This document shows positions 1-10,409 of a stretch of 64,000 nucleotides of DNA, one piece after another; position 1 is the first letter of the stretch, and every line of letters begins with the position of its first letter. The position numbers and the translations under genes were made by a program. The notes beneath the pieces are model-generated. The model was not told where the DNA came from, did not search any database, and was given only the letters and a program-made list of their open reading frames with translations. The stretch is from the NCBI GenBank assembly GCA_027050205.1, contig JALUCS010000097.1, forward strand, positions 23,627 to 87,626, read 5' to 3'. Source of the stretch: a candidate division WOR-3 bacterium. Its GTDB lineage: Bacteria; Hydrothermota; Hydrothermia; LBFQ01.

Positions 1-41
1 CAACCTTCAAGTATCCCCACTTTAACATATTTATCAACAGT

Positions 42-677
42 ATGACGATGATGCTCAACCTTATCCTCGCACAGACGCCGGTTTACAGGGGACAGCACAC
101 CCAGCCCCCTCAACTCCAACGACCCTCCTCCCAGGACACATCCCGTTCCACTCAACAGCTTCCGTATATCACCGATCCTTACGTCGCCTGTAAGATGGGG
201 GAGTCAGACGCCGGGAAGGAGACTAGCGTCTGGGAAGAGAAGTGGTTTGCCTTAGGGTGTATCGTGGGTCTCTGCGTGGGACCCTTTGGCTACATCATCT
301 CCTTATTCGTCAGAGTCCCTTCTCCTAAAGGTCCTTACGTCAATATGTCCCCTGCTGCGAGGAAACGCTACGAAAAGTGCTACAGGAGAAAGGGGAAGGA
401 GAAACTCCAGGGGGCTGCTATAATGGGTACAACTTCCGCCTGCTTAATCCTTGGATTTCTGCTTAATCAGGCCGATGAGTCGACTAGGGGGTCAGATATA
501 AATATATCCTGCCCATCTCCTTCACCACCTCCTCCTGTAGTATCCTGCCCCTACTCATATACAGTTGGGAACCCCGGTAGTTTCGGTCTCCTAAGAGTTA
601 TCCCCGAACTTGAGCCGCCAGTTCGGCCACCAGTCAGGTATCGTAAGCAGCAGAGACCAACCCAACACCGAAGATAA
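42..677 (+). CDS. Hypothetical membrane protein
   Basis: 211-aa ORF with two hydrophobic segments (WFALGCIVGLCVGPFGYIISLF; AAIMGTTSACLILGFLL) and a Pro-rich stretch. Start could be ATG 42, 48 or 51. Confidence 0.55.
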   Translation: MTMMLNLILAQTPVYRGQHTQPPQLQRPSSQDTSRSTQQLPYITDPYVACKMGESDAGKETSVWEEKWFALGCIVGLCVGPFGYIISLFVRVPSPKGPYVNMSPAARKRYEKCYRRKGKEKLQGAAIMGTTSACLILGFLLNQADESTRGSDINISCPSPSPPPPVVSCPYSYTVGNPGSFGLLRVIPELEPPVRPPVRYRKQQRPTQHRR

Positions 678-1181
678 CACCCGAATGCCATATGCAGGTA
701 GGGGCGAGGACCCCCTTGCGGCAGCGATAAGCCCGCATCAAGCGGTATCTTCAAAAACCGGGGATTAAACCTCAAAAAGCTGGTAGTTAGACTTTAAAAT
801 CGTTATACGCCCTATTTTGAACGGTGTTGCTGCGGCCTATCTACGGAAAGTTGAAGCTGGATTTCGGGAAGTGAAATTGGCCGATACGAAACTTCGTACT
901 GACGTTCATCGGGGATGCATTGCCCTAAATACCCAATGGGGGGTATCACACCGATAGAAGGATACTCAATTCACCGTTTGAAATATATCCTCAAAAACTG
1001 AAATTTACTTTAAGTAATTAGAACACGATATTGCAAGGAACTTGCAGTCCGATGATGAAAATTGGTAATCCGTTCAAATTTTGATACCGAGATAAATTTT
1101 CATGCCGATGACTCCTCGGAGGTTGCAGCGTTCCATATGCCGAACACCCCGATGGGGAAGAGACAATATCAAACAAAAAAA

Positions 1182-1255
1182 TTGCGGGGGCGGGATTTGA
1201 ACCCGCGACCTCCGGGTTATGAGCCCGGCGAGCTTCCTGGCTGCTCCACCCCGCG
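1182..1255 (-). tRNA. Initiator tRNA-fMet (CAT)
   Basis: CGCGGGGTGGAGCAGCCAGGAAGCTCGCCGGGCTCATAACCCGGAGGTCGCGGGTTCAAATCCCGCCCCCGCAA. C1:A72 mismatch, G-C-rich anticodon stem, no encoded CCA. Confidence 0.97.
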
Positions 1256-1268
1256 ATTTGAGGAAACT

Positions 1269-1320
1269 ATTATAAGGGGGAAAGGGGGGCGTGTGGGGAG
1301 GTTGTACCCGTCCTTATAAT
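1269..1320. promoter_or_regulatory. Divergent -10 elements for tRNA-fMet and the GT2 gene
   Basis: TATAAT on - strand at 1269-1274 and on + strand at 1315-1320, the latter 7 nt before TTG 1328. Confidence 0.7.
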
Positions 1321-1327
1321 CCCCATC

Positions 1328-2053
1328 TTGAGAGTAGTAGTGGTCGTACCCACCTACAACGAGGCCGATAACATAGCCGACCTGATAGCCGAGTTGCGCT
1401 CCGTTCGTATATTCGAACGCATAGTCCCCGACGTACTCGTAGTGGACGACAACTCCCCCGATGGCACCTGGAGGATCGTTGAAGAGATAGGGAAGAGGGA
1501 CCCGGCCGTCCATCTCCTCAAGCGTCCGGGGAAGATGGGCCTCGGTTCGGCCTACGTTGAGGGGTTCAAGTGGGCCTTGGAGCGGGGATACGACGTCATC
1601 GTGCAGATGGACGCCGACTTCTCCCACAACCCGAAGGACGTCCAGAAGTTGGTTGAGGCCCTCGCTAACTGCGACGTTGTGATAGGCTCCCGGTACTGCA
1701 ACGGCGTTAGCGTCATAAACTGGCCGATAAGCCGCCTCCTCCTCTCCTACTTCGCCAACCAGTACGCCCGTCTCCTGACCGGGGTAAAGATAAACGACCT
1801 CACCGGGGGTTTCAAGGCCTTCAAGAGGGAGGCCCTTGAGGCGTTGGACCTTGATAAGATAAAGTCGGACGGCTACGCCTTCCAGATAGAGGTGAACTTC
1901 TACCTCTGGATGAAGAGGTTCAAGATGTGCGAGATCCCGATAGTCTTCGTTGAGAGGAGGGCCGGTAAGTCCAAACTTAGCCGCTCAATCATATGGGAGG
2001 CCTTCTGGCTGGTACTCCGGCTGTTCCTGAAGCGGATAACCGGTAGGGTATGA
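1328..2053 (+). CDS. Polyprenol-monophosphomannose synthase-like GT2 glycosyltransferase
   Basis: VVPTYNE, VVDDNSPDGT, QMDADFSH, IGSRY and DLTGGFKAF motifs. Confidence 0.92.
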   Translation: MRVVVVVPTYNEADNIADLIAELRSVRIFERIVPDVLVVDDNSPDGTWRIVEEIGKRDPAVHLLKRPGKMGLGSAYVEGFKWALERGYDVIVQMDADFSHNPKDVQKLVEALANCDVVIGSRYCNGVSVINWPISRLLLSYFANQYARLLTGVKINDLTGGFKAFKREALEALDLDKIKSDGYAFQIEVNFYLWMKRFKMCEIPIVFVERRAGKSKLSRSIIWEAFWLVLRLFLKRITGRV

Positions 2054-3000
2054 GGTTCTACGAGCTGTTGAGGGTGGGGTACGGTGTCCTTGAGGAGGCC
2101 CTCACCTCCCTCCGCCGTAGGTTCCCACGAAGTAAGGTGGTCGTCTTCACGGGGGACGAGCTCTCCCTACCCTACGGGGAGAAGGTGGCCGAAACCGTCC
2201 GCGGCACCCTCGTAGTTGGCGAGCGTTTCCCGGAGGGCGACGGGTACGACCTCGTCCTCGGCGTTGGGGGCGGGAGCGTGATAGACCGGGCGAAACTCTG
2301 GGCCTACGAGAGGGGGGTACCCTTCGTCTCCGTCCCCACGCTGGCCTCCAGCGATGGCATAGCCTCTCCGGTCAGCGTCCTGAACGGGAAGAGCCGCTTC
2401 CTCACCCTCCCCTACGGCGTCATCGTAGAGCTGGAGATAATAGCGAAGGCACCGAGGTGGAGCCTCCTCGCCGGCATAGGGGACCTCGTATCCAACCTCT
2501 CCGCCTCCCTGGACTGGGACCGCTTCCGGGAGAAATCAAGGGAGCCGTACTCACCGGAGGCCTCGGCCATGGCGAGGTTGGGGGCGGTCTCCCTCCTCTC
2601 CTCCCGCTCCCCTAACCCCCTTGAGGCGCTGGTGTGGGGACTCATCCTAAGCGGCCTGGCCATGAACGTAGCCGGCTCCTCAAGACCGGCGAGCGGTCCG
2701 GAGCATAAGGTGAGCCACGCCCTTGACTCCTTGGGCTACGGGGAGAAGCACGGGATACAGGTGGGCATCTTCACCCCCCTGTTCCTGAAGTTGAACGGCT
2801 ATCCGGCGTGGGAGGAGGTAAGGGAGTACCTTAAGGGGGTAGGGCTTCCGGAGTACGTCACCCTCACCGAGGAGGGGGCAGTTGAGGTCTTCAGTAAGGC
2901 CTCGGAGACCAGGCCCCACAGGTACACCGTCCTTGAGGAGGTTGGCTGGGAGAAGGTCCTTGAGGAGGCCATCAGGCTGGGTTTCGTCAGGATAGTTTAA
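2050..3000 (+). CDS. sn-glycerol-1-phosphate dehydrogenase family (EgsA/AraM-like)
   Basis: GVGGGSVID, VPTLASSDGIASP, GSSRPASGPEHKVSHALD, HGIQVG. ATGA overlap with the GT2 gene. Confidence 0.85.
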   Translation: MRFYELLRVGYGVLEEALTSLRRRFPRSKVVVFTGDELSLPYGEKVAETVRGTLVVGERFPEGDGYDLVLGVGGGSVIDRAKLWAYERGVPFVSVPTLASSDGIASPVSVLNGKSRFLTLPYGVIVELEIIAKAPRWSLLAGIGDLVSNLSASLDWDRFREKSREPYSPEASAMARLGAVSLLSSRSPNPLEALVWGLILSGLAMNVAGSSRPASGPEHKVSHALDSLGYGEKHGIQVGIFTPLFLKLNGYPAWEEVREYLKGVGLPEYVTLTEEGAVEVFSKASETRPHRYTVLEEVGWEKVLEEAIRLGFVRIV

Positions 3001-3024
3001 AATCGGCCTTAAAATACTACCGTT

Positions 3025-3771
3025 ATGAGGGACCTCTTAAAGAGGATAAGGTCTCTGGCCTTCGTGGCCACGGTAGTTTGGGGCATAGGCCCCGGATGCC
3101 CTCCCCCTCCACCGGAACTGGCCATATGGGTTGAGAGGTACGAGGTCAGCGGCAACGGTACGAAGATGGATCTCACCTTATACGTCTCTCCACCGGCCGG
3201 CACCCTGTACATAGAGTGTTCCGACGGCAACCCCTTTGATACGGTGGTCTTAGACGAGGGGACGGACTCCCTGGAGTACTCGCTTGACAGCACCTTCCTC
3301 GCCTCCTGCTCCGACCACACCTGGACTCGCTTCACCTACACGTACGAGGGCGACAAGACGATGATGGACCTCCTCCACAGCGACGTACCCATACGCACTA
3401 TCGGGTATCCGAACCGTCCCCGTAAGGTCGTCATAGACTACAGGGATACGGTCCTCATATACGACGACTCCTCCGGCTACGTCCTGACTTCCAACGGCTA
3501 CGTCAAGTTCGCCCCCTACACCGGTGGGGTGTATGCCCCCATCCCTCCGGCCCCCTATATGGATACCCTTTCCATCACGAAGGGTGGTACGGCGGTGGTA
3601 TGGATAGACCACGACCGCGACGGTGCCGAGGGGTACGATGGGGACGACCTTTTTGGCGTCCTAACGGCCACGCCCGACGGTGTAAGGTTCAGCGTCTTAG
3701 GGTTGCTCTACACCCACCCCACCCTGACCGGCTACCGGGGACTTGACCTGTGCTTCAGGTGTAGTATGTAA
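3025..3771 (+). CDS. Hypothetical probable lipoprotein
   Basis: Basic N-terminus, hydrophobic stretch and GPGC lipobox-like site; host-like codon usage; TAAAAT 9 nt upstream. Confidence 0.7.
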   Translation: MRDLLKRIRSLAFVATVVWGIGPGCPPPPPELAIWVERYEVSGNGTKMDLTLYVSPPAGTLYIECSDGNPFDTVVLDEGTDSLEYSLDSTFLASCSDHTWTRFTYTYEGDKTMMDLLHSDVPIRTIGYPNRPRKVVIDYRDTVLIYDDSSGYVLTSNGYVKFAPYTGGVYAPIPPAPYMDTLSITKGGTAVVWIDHDRDGAEGYDGDDLFGVLTATPDGVRFSVLGLLYTHPTLTGYRGLDLCFRCSM

Positions 3772-4224
3772 GTGTAGGGGTAGAGGCGGATCGTGGCGCA
3801 GAGGGGTGTTGCCACGGAGGATAGGGCGTGTCTCTCACCTTCCCAAGAGCATCTTTAGGATGCTTACGAACCCGAACTCCTCCGTTAATCCATGGGAACT
3901 CCAAGAATTCCTACGGTCCTCTTCGTAAAGTATCAAAGCTGTGAAGGATGTAAGTCATTCATCGTGGTTTTATGGGGAGTAGAATCGGACGTAATATTAG
4001 GTCTAATGAGGGATTGTACCCGCTCCGTATGTAATCCATACCGAGGAAATCCTATAAAAATCTGCCTTCCGATTCCACTAACGGCGCGAGTCTTCGCCGT
4101 CCCAAAGGTTCCGTAAGGGAGAGGCGTTGAGGACATCCGACCTTACATCCCCAATCGGGGGCAAGGCTCGGCACGTCCCTGCGACTCCCCCCTTAAAATA
4201 TCCAACATCAAAAGGAGGTAAAGG

Positions 4225-4479
4225 ATGGACAGGAACGAGATACTCAAGAAGATCAAGGACATCGCCGTGGAAGAGCTGGGAGTCTCCCCGGAGAAGGTTA
4301 CGGAAGAGGCGCGCTTCATAGAGGACCTCGGAGCCGACTCCATAGGCGTGATGGAGCTGGTGATGAAGATGGAGGAGGAGTTCGGCCTCCAGATACCCGA
4401 CGAGGACATAGAGAAGCTGCGCACCGTGGACGACGTTATAGACTACATCTTAAAGAAGTTAAAGAAGACGCAGTCGTGA
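4225..4479 (+). CDS. acpP: Acyl carrier protein
   Basis: DLGADS phosphopantetheine site and EEEFG; AAGGAGGT RBS. Confidence 0.97.
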   Translation: MDRNEILKKIKDIAVEELGVSPEKVTEEARFIEDLGADSIGVMELVMKMEEEFGLQIPDEDIEKLRTVDDVIDYILKKLKKTQS

Positions 4480-5720
4480 GAAGGGTTGTTATAACGGGCC
4501 TTGGGGCCATAACCTCCCTCGGGGAGGACGTCCCCACCCTGTGGGAGAACCTCGTAAGGGGGAAGAGCGGAGTCTCACGGATAGAGAGGTTTGACCCCTC
4601 CGGCTTCCGGACCCAGATAGCCGCCGAGATAAAGGAGTTTGATCCGAAGAAGCGGTTCCCGAAGGGGAAGATAGGGGGGGTACCTCTACGGAAGCTGGAC
4701 CGTTTCCTCCTCTACGCCCTCTGGGCGGCGGATGAGGCCATAAGGGACAGCGGTATCTTAGACTCCGCCGACCCCGACAGGGTGGGGGTCCTTATCGCCT
4801 CCGGCATAGGGGGGGTTGAGACGCTTGAGAGGGAGGTAATAACGGGATACACCCGCGGGTACAACCGGATAAGCCCCTACCTCGTCCCTATGATGATACC
4901 GGACATGGCCTCCGGCTTAGTAGCCATAGAGTACGGCTTCAAGGGACCGAACTATACCGTCGTCTCCGCCTGCGCCTCCTCCGCCAACGCCTTGGGGGAT
5001 GCCCTACGCCTCATCAGGTACGGAGACGCCGACGTTATGGTCGTTGGCGGTTCAGAGGCCCCCATCATAAAGACAGCCCTCGCCGGATTCTCCTCTATGC
5101 GCGCCCTCTCCACCCGAAACGACGAGCCGGAGAAGGCCTCCCGCCCCTTTGACGCCGAGAGGGACGGCTTCGTGATGGCCGAGGGTGCGGCCGTCCTCAT
5201 CCTTGAGGAGTACGAGCATGCGAAGAGGAGGGGGGCCAAGATATACGCCGAGCTTCTCGGCTACGGAGCCACGGCCGACGCCCACCACATAACCGCACCC
5301 TGTGAGGACGGTGAGGGTGCCGTAAAGGCTATACGCCGCGCCCTTGAGGATGCCAACGTAAGCCTAGAGGACGTTGATTACATAAACGCCCACGGCACCT
5401 CCACCAAGCTGAACGACCTCGCCGAAACGAGGGCCATAAAGAAGGCCTTCGGTCCCCATGCCTACAGGCTCGCCGTCTCCTCAACGAAGTCCATGACCGG
5501 ACACCTCCTCGGAGGGGCCGGAGCTTTGGAGGCCCTGGCCACCGTCAAGGCCATAGAAACCGGCGTAGTCCCACCCACCATAAACTACGAGCATCCCGAC
5601 CCCGAATGCGATTTGGACTACGTCCCCAACGAGGCGAGGGAGATGGAAGTCAGGTACGCCCTATCCAACTCCTTCGGGTTCGGCGGCCACAACGCCGTCC
5701 TGGTCTTCGGTAAGGTCTAA
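4476..5720 (+). CDS. fabF: 3-oxoacyl-ACP synthase II
   Basis: [14 protein letters not shown] catalytic Cys, [24 protein letters not shown]. Confidence 0.97.
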   Translation: MRRVVITGLGAITSLGEDVPTLWENLVRGKSGVSRIERFDPSGFRTQIAAEIKEFDPKKRFPKGKIGGVPLRKLDRFLLYALWAADEAIRDSGILDSADPDRVGVLIASGIGGVETLEREVITGYTRGYNRISPYLVPMMIPDMASGLVAIEYGFKGPNYTVVSACASSANALGDALRLIRYGDADVMVVGGSEAPIIKTALAGFSSMRALSTRNDEPEKASRPFDAERDGFVMAEGAAVLILEEYEHAKRRGAKIYAELLGYGATADAHHITAPCEDGEGAVKAIRRALEDANVSLEDVDYINAHGTSTKLNDLAETRAIKKAFGPHAYRLAVSSTKSMTGHLLGGAGALEALATVKAIETGVVPPTINYEHPDPECDLDYVPNEAREMEVRYALSNSFGFGGHNAVLVFGKV

Positions 5721-6937
5721 ACGGGGAAGGGGCTACCAAGGAACCTCCTTAGGAAACTCCCGACGAGGTAGAGGGAACCGGTGATGACGGTAGGTTGGTG
5801 GAGGATATTTTGGATCTCGTTGATGCCGTTTAGGGTTGCGCACTTTGGATGGAGGACGAGACAGGCTCTATAGACCTCATCGGCCGGGAGACTCCTCCGC
5901 CAGGGGTACTGGGTCACGAAGATCCAATCGGCCACCTCCGACACCCTCCTTACGAAGGCCACGTAATCCTTCCCACGGCTGAAGGCGAGGACGAAGTTGA
6001 AGCGACGGCGGGGGAATATCCGCTTTAGGGAGGAGACGAGGTATCGGGCGGCAACCTCGTTGTGGGCGCCATCCACCAGGAGGAGGGGGGATCTCCTCAA
6101 GACCTGCATCCTCCCCGGAACGAAAAGCCCCTCCGTTTTGAAGCCAACGCCGAGGGCCTTGAGGACGTGGTAGGCCAAGGCCCCGTTCTCCGCCTGAAAC
6201 TCGCCCAAGAGGGGCAACCTTATGACCTTCCCGTCCGTCTCAAACACCGTCCCCTCTTCCCCTACGTACAGAACCCTATGCTTCACGACCACCACCTCCG
6301 CCCCCACCTCCTTAGCCCTCCCCTCTATCACCGGCAGGATCCGGCGGTTGGACTCCGGGGTTATTACTAGGGAGCCGGATTTGATTATACCGGCCTTCTC
6401 GCGGGCTATCTCCTGCAAGGTATGGCCGAGGATGGAGGTGTGGTCGTAGTCTATGCGGGTTATTATGCCGACCTTCTGCTCCACGACGTTGGTGGCGTCC
6501 AACCTCCCGCCCAGACCCACCTCAAAGACCTCGTACTCCGTCCCCTCCTTCAGGAAGTGGAGGAAGGCGGCAGCCGTTATGGCCTCAAAGAAGGTCGTAG
6601 GTTTCCCCGTAGAGAAGACCCTTGAGAGGGCCTCCGTCAGGTCCTCCTTCCCTATGGGGGAGCCGTCTATCTGGATCCTCTCGTGGAGGCTCATCAGGTG
6701 GGGGGAGATGTTCATACCCGTCCGGTATCCGGCGTTCGTAAGCCCCTGCGCCACCATATGCACTACGGAGCCTTTGCCCTTGGTGCCGGCTACGAGGATG
6801 GGGTGGGACAGTTTTAGGTGGGGGTCCCCCAGAGCCTCCAACATCTCCCTAAACCGACCTATGTCCTTTACGAAACCCTTAACCCTCTCGTAGTTGGCGA
6901 GGCGGTAGAGCCGGGATAAGACCTCGTGGTACCCCAC
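5717..6937 (-). CDS. folC: Folylpolyglutamate/dihydrofolate synthase
   Basis: [38 protein letters not shown]. Confidence 0.95.
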   Translation of the reverse strand: MGYHEVLSRLYRLANYERVKGFVKDIGRFREMLEALGDPHLKLSHPILVAGTKGKGSVVHMVAQGLTNAGYRTGMNISPHLMSLHERIQIDGSPIGKEDLTEALSRVFSTGKPTTFFEAITAAAFLHFLKEGTEYEVFEVGLGGRLDATNVVEQKVGIITRIDYDHTSILGHTLQEIAREKAGIIKSGSLVITPESNRRILPVIEGRAKEVGAEVVVVKHRVLYVGEEGTVFETDGKVIRLPLLGEFQAENGALAYHVLKALGVGFKTEGLFVPGRMQVLRRSPLLLVDGAHNEVAARYLVSSLKRIFPRRRFNFVLAFSRGKDYVAFVRRVSEVADWIFVTQYPWRRSLPADEVYRACLVLHPKCATLNGINEIQNILHQPTVITGSLYLVGSFLRRFLGSPFPV

Positions 6938-6946
6938 GGCGGGATT

Positions 6947-9451
6947 CTAAACGGGGAGGGTGGTGGAGACCCTCTTCCGGTGGAGGTTAGCCAGGCGGAG
7001 GACAGGCTCCGGAGGTTCCCCGAATATGTCCCGCATCTCGTTTAGGATGCTGTCCACCTCCGACGGCGATTGGGCGTCGGCGAACCGGACGTAGTACTCT
7101 ACCCTCCTGTCGGGGTCCCGTACGTAGTCCTCCGGTATGTGCGCGTACCTGTCCTCGTACTCCCTCCCCTCCCCCTCAAGACCCAACGCCCGCCTTACGA
7201 ACTTAAGGTAGAGCTTGAAGCCCACCTTCGCCACCTTGCCGTGCTGCTTTATGCCGAGGAGTTCGCCCATCCCCCTTATCTCAAGGTCCCGGAGGGCCAA
7301 CTTGTAGCCCTCACCGAGGGAGGAGTACATAGCGAGGTACTCTAAGCGTTTCTTTGCGTTTCCCTTCAGGGGCGGCCGGTAGAGGAAGAGGGCGTAGGCC
7401 TGAACCGTCCATCTGCCCACCCTACCCCTAAGCTGGTGCAACTGCGAGAGGCCGAGCATCTCCGGGCGTTCAACTATCAGGGTGTTGGCGTTGGGGAAGT
7501 CCAGACCGGCCTCAACTATGGCCGTAGATACGAGGACCTTCACCTCGTCCTCGTAGAAGGCGTCCATCACCTCCCTTATCCGTCGCTTCGGCATCTTGCC
7601 GTGGAGCATCTCCATCGGGACACCGGGGAGGAGTCCCCTCAACCGCTCCAAGACCTTCTCTAAGCCCTCCACCCTGTTGAAGACGTAGAAGACCTGTCCC
7701 CCTCTGCTCAACTCCCGGTTTATGGCCTCCGCCACGAGGTGGTCGTCGTACTCCCCTATGTAGGTTATGACGGGGAGCCTGCCGGGGGGAGGGGTGCGGA
7801 TGTGGGAGACGTCCATAAGCCCCTCAAGGCCCATCGCGAGGGTGCGGGGTATGGGGGTGGCGGACAGGTAGAGATAGTCGGCCTTGGGGTGAAGGCGTTT
7901 GAAATGCTCCTTCTGGAGGACACCGAAGTGCTGCTCCTCGTCCACCACGACCAAACCGAGGTTTGGTACGTCCATGCGGAGGAGGGCGTGGGTGCCGATA
8001 TACAAGGCGGGTCCCTCCCCCATCCGTCCCCGTTTGGATATGCGGGACACCATATAGACCGGTATCCCGAAGGCCTCAAGGCGGGGGGCTACGTTCCGGT
8101 AGTGCTGATAGGCGAGGAGGGTACTGGGGACGAGCCAGACGACGGACTTACCGTAGGCGAGGACCCGGAAGGCCGCCCGCAGGGCCACCTCCGTCTTCCC
8201 GAAGGCCACCTCCCCCACCAAGAGCCTGTCCATTACGAAGTCGCCCTCAAGGTCGGAGAGTACCTCCCTTATCGCCCTCATCTGGTCCTCCGTCTCCGTG
8301 TAGGGGAAGGTCGCCCAGAACTCTTTCTCCTCCGGGACGGGGGGATAGTTGAAGCCCCTCGGCACCCTCCGGCTCACCATTATGTTCAGAAGCTCCCGCG
8401 CTATCTTGGAGCTCTCAAGGAGGGCCTTGGCCCTGTCCCTCTGCCACGTCCTGCGGTTTAGGGAGGAGAGGGGAGGCTCGTACCCCTCCGGCCCTACGTA
8501 CCGGGTCAGCTTATGGGCCTTGTAGACGGGGACGGAGAGCCTGCCGTCGGAGTACTGCAGGAGTATCACCTCCCCGACCTCCCTCCTCTCAAGGCCGAGG
8601 AATATGCCAACGCCGTAGTCTTCGTGGACGACGTAATCCCCCGGCTCAAGGTATCGGGGGGCCTTTACCTTCACCTTGGAGATAACCTCGCCGGTCGTGG
8701 GTTTTGCCCCTATCACCTCCCACTCGCCTAAATACACCTCCCTACGTTCCTCGTCCGTAAAACCCTCGTAGAGATTCCCCCTTACGAGCCTCACCCCCAG
8801 GCCCTCAAAGAGGGCCAGCCTCACAGGATTGCCGGCGAAGAAGACCCTATAGCCCCTCTCCCTCATCGCCCTGACGTACCGGGCCGCCCGCTCAAAGTTC
8901 CCGAAGGGTGGATTGAAGCGTATCCCCTCCGCCTCCGGTGGGGTTATCACCTCGCCCGGTAGGGGAGAGCTGGAAGGCAGCAGGAATAGAAAGCCTTCAA
9001 CCTTACCTGTACTCAACTGGGTGTAGGGGGAGAACTCCCTGACCTCCTCCACCTCGTCCCCGTAGAGGATGATGCGGAAGGCGGCGTTCTTGAAGACTAT
9101 ATCCAGTATCCCTCCCCGGATGGCGAACTCCCCCGGCCTCTCGGCGAACTCCCCCCTCTCAAAACCCGCCTCAATCAACCTCACCGATAGAGCCGATAGG
9201 TTAATCCTTTTGCCGGGCTTTACCTCCACAGCCTCCGCCCCTATCCCCTCCGTTCCTACCACCACCAGCCCCTCACCGGGGAGGCGGGCGGCCCACAGCC
9301 CGTATTCATCCCCCGGAAAGGCCGGGACACCGAAGGCCTGAAGCTCACCCACGACCTCCGCCACCTTGTCCCTTACCGGGAGGTACAGGATACCACCCTT
9401 CAGCCGCTTTACGGTGTGTAAGGTCAGAAATCCGGAAGGGAGGGGCCTCAT
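6947..9451 (-). CDS. mfd: Transcription-repair coupling factor (compact form)
   Basis: GDYVVH RID domain, FPYTETEDQ, DRLLVGEVAFGKTEVA, DEEQHFG, SATPIPRTL, QLRGRVGR, RDLEIRG, TRCF C-terminus. Confidence 0.93.
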   Translation of the reverse strand: MRPLPSGFLTLHTVKRLKGGILYLPVRDKVAEVVGELQAFGVPAFPGDEYGLWAARLPGEGLVVVGTEGIGAEAVEVKPGKRINLSALSVRLIEAGFERGEFAERPGEFAIRGGILDIVFKNAAFRIILYGDEVEEVREFSPYTQLSTGKVEGFLFLLPSSSPLPGEVITPPEAEGIRFNPPFGNFERAARYVRAMRERGYRVFFAGNPVRLALFEGLGVRLVRGNLYEGFTDEERREVYLGEWEVIGAKPTTGEVISKVKVKAPRYLEPGDYVVHEDYGVGIFLGLERREVGEVILLQYSDGRLSVPVYKAHKLTRYVGPEGYEPPLSSLNRRTWQRDRAKALLESSKIARELLNIMVSRRVPRGFNYPPVPEEKEFWATFPYTETEDQMRAIREVLSDLEGDFVMDRLLVGEVAFGKTEVALRAAFRVLAYGKSVVWLVPSTLLAYQHYRNVAPRLEAFGIPVYMVSRISKRGRMGEGPALYIGTHALLRMDVPNLGLVVVDEEQHFGVLQKEHFKRLHPKADYLYLSATPIPRTLAMGLEGLMDVSHIRTPPPGRLPVITYIGEYDDHLVAEAINRELSRGGQVFYVFNRVEGLEKVLERLRGLLPGVPMEMLHGKMPKRRIREVMDAFYEDEVKVLVSTAIVEAGLDFPNANTLIVERPEMLGLSQLHQLRGRVGRWTVQAYALFLYRPPLKGNAKKRLEYLAMYSSLGEGYKLALRDLEIRGMGELLGIKQHGKVAKVGFKLYLKFVRRALGLEGEGREYEDRYAHIPEDYVRDPDRRVEYYVRFADAQSPSEVDSILNEMRDIFGEPPEPVLRLANLHRKRVSTTLPV

Positions 9452-10409
9452 AAACGCTCACAATTCTAACGCAGTTCCGTAGGGGAGGTCCGTCCCCTGA
9501 CGTCGTTGGGAGCCTTGGGTGGCGTTTATAGGGTTTAGAAATCTTGAACTTGAATTTACAGTTTCCGTTAATACGACTTCACACTTTTTGAATTCTGACT
9601 TATAGATTTTTTGAAGTGTAGTTTCCAGTTTTTGAAGGTGCGGGCGAACTCCATACTCACCCCAACCATCTGTGTAATGCCATCCCGAACTTATCGTTGA
9701 TCCGTCTATAAACTGCACAAATTGCAAGGATACGAATCAGATTTTTACATTTATAACGGGAAAATCAGGAGTAATTGAACTTGATGATGAATAACCTCCG
9801 ATTCTACTGCGATTTGTGTTTGGGAAGTCGCAAAAAATCCTCACTGCCGGTTTCGGCAGGTGGAGTTGAGGGTTTTAAAGTTCCCCGAATTGCCGATTTT
9901 CGGTATTTGATGGGCGAGATGGTGAATTTTCTACAGATTACCGGTTTCCGTCAATCTTATTTTGCACTTTATTGAAAATAGACCGTATTGAAGTATAAGT
10001 TTCAATTCTTCAAAACTACGCTTTCATCATTTTTGAAAAGATAAACGAGCCTCGCACTTCTATTCAACACAACCGTGAAATTTATTCACATAGTGCTAGA
10101 TTTCGGCATTATTGGAACATTTTACTTTAAATAATCTTAAACATATTTTTGGTTAATTTATGCAGAATTTCAAATATCATTTCATAAAAATTCGCGTAAT
10201 TGTGGAGAATACGGATACACATCTCCGGCCTTACGGGGAGCATAACTGTGGGTAAATTCCCGACATATGCGACCCTTGAATGGGGGTTGAAGTTTTGCAA
10301 TCCAAGCATCGTCCCGTTTGCGTAATATCCTCCAAGGACCCCACCACCCTACGACCGTACCCTTGAAAGCGGGCCTGTACCGTCCTAGTCCCCCTTAAAT
10401 TTCCCGCCT

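Noticed and set aside
1062..1627. ORFs 1062..1319 and 1217..1627
   Set aside because: They overlap tRNA-fMet and/or lie antisense to the GT2 gene.
3772..3830. Riboswitch candidate (GTAGAGGCG plus CGTGGC/GCCACG hairpin)
   Set aside because: Remaining lysine-riboswitch motifs are absent and the context is wrong; more likely a 3' hairpin.
4125..4137. 13-nt match CGTTGAGGACATC to spacer 9
   Set aside because: Too short for self-targeting and expected by chance. No full spacer match was noticed in the window, though this was not checked computationally.
9458..10309. Short ORFs in AT-rich gaps (also 3892-4136, 15997-16522, 21645-22255, 48180-48368)
   Set aside because: Atypical codon usage, TTG starts without RBS, and no recognisable motifs.
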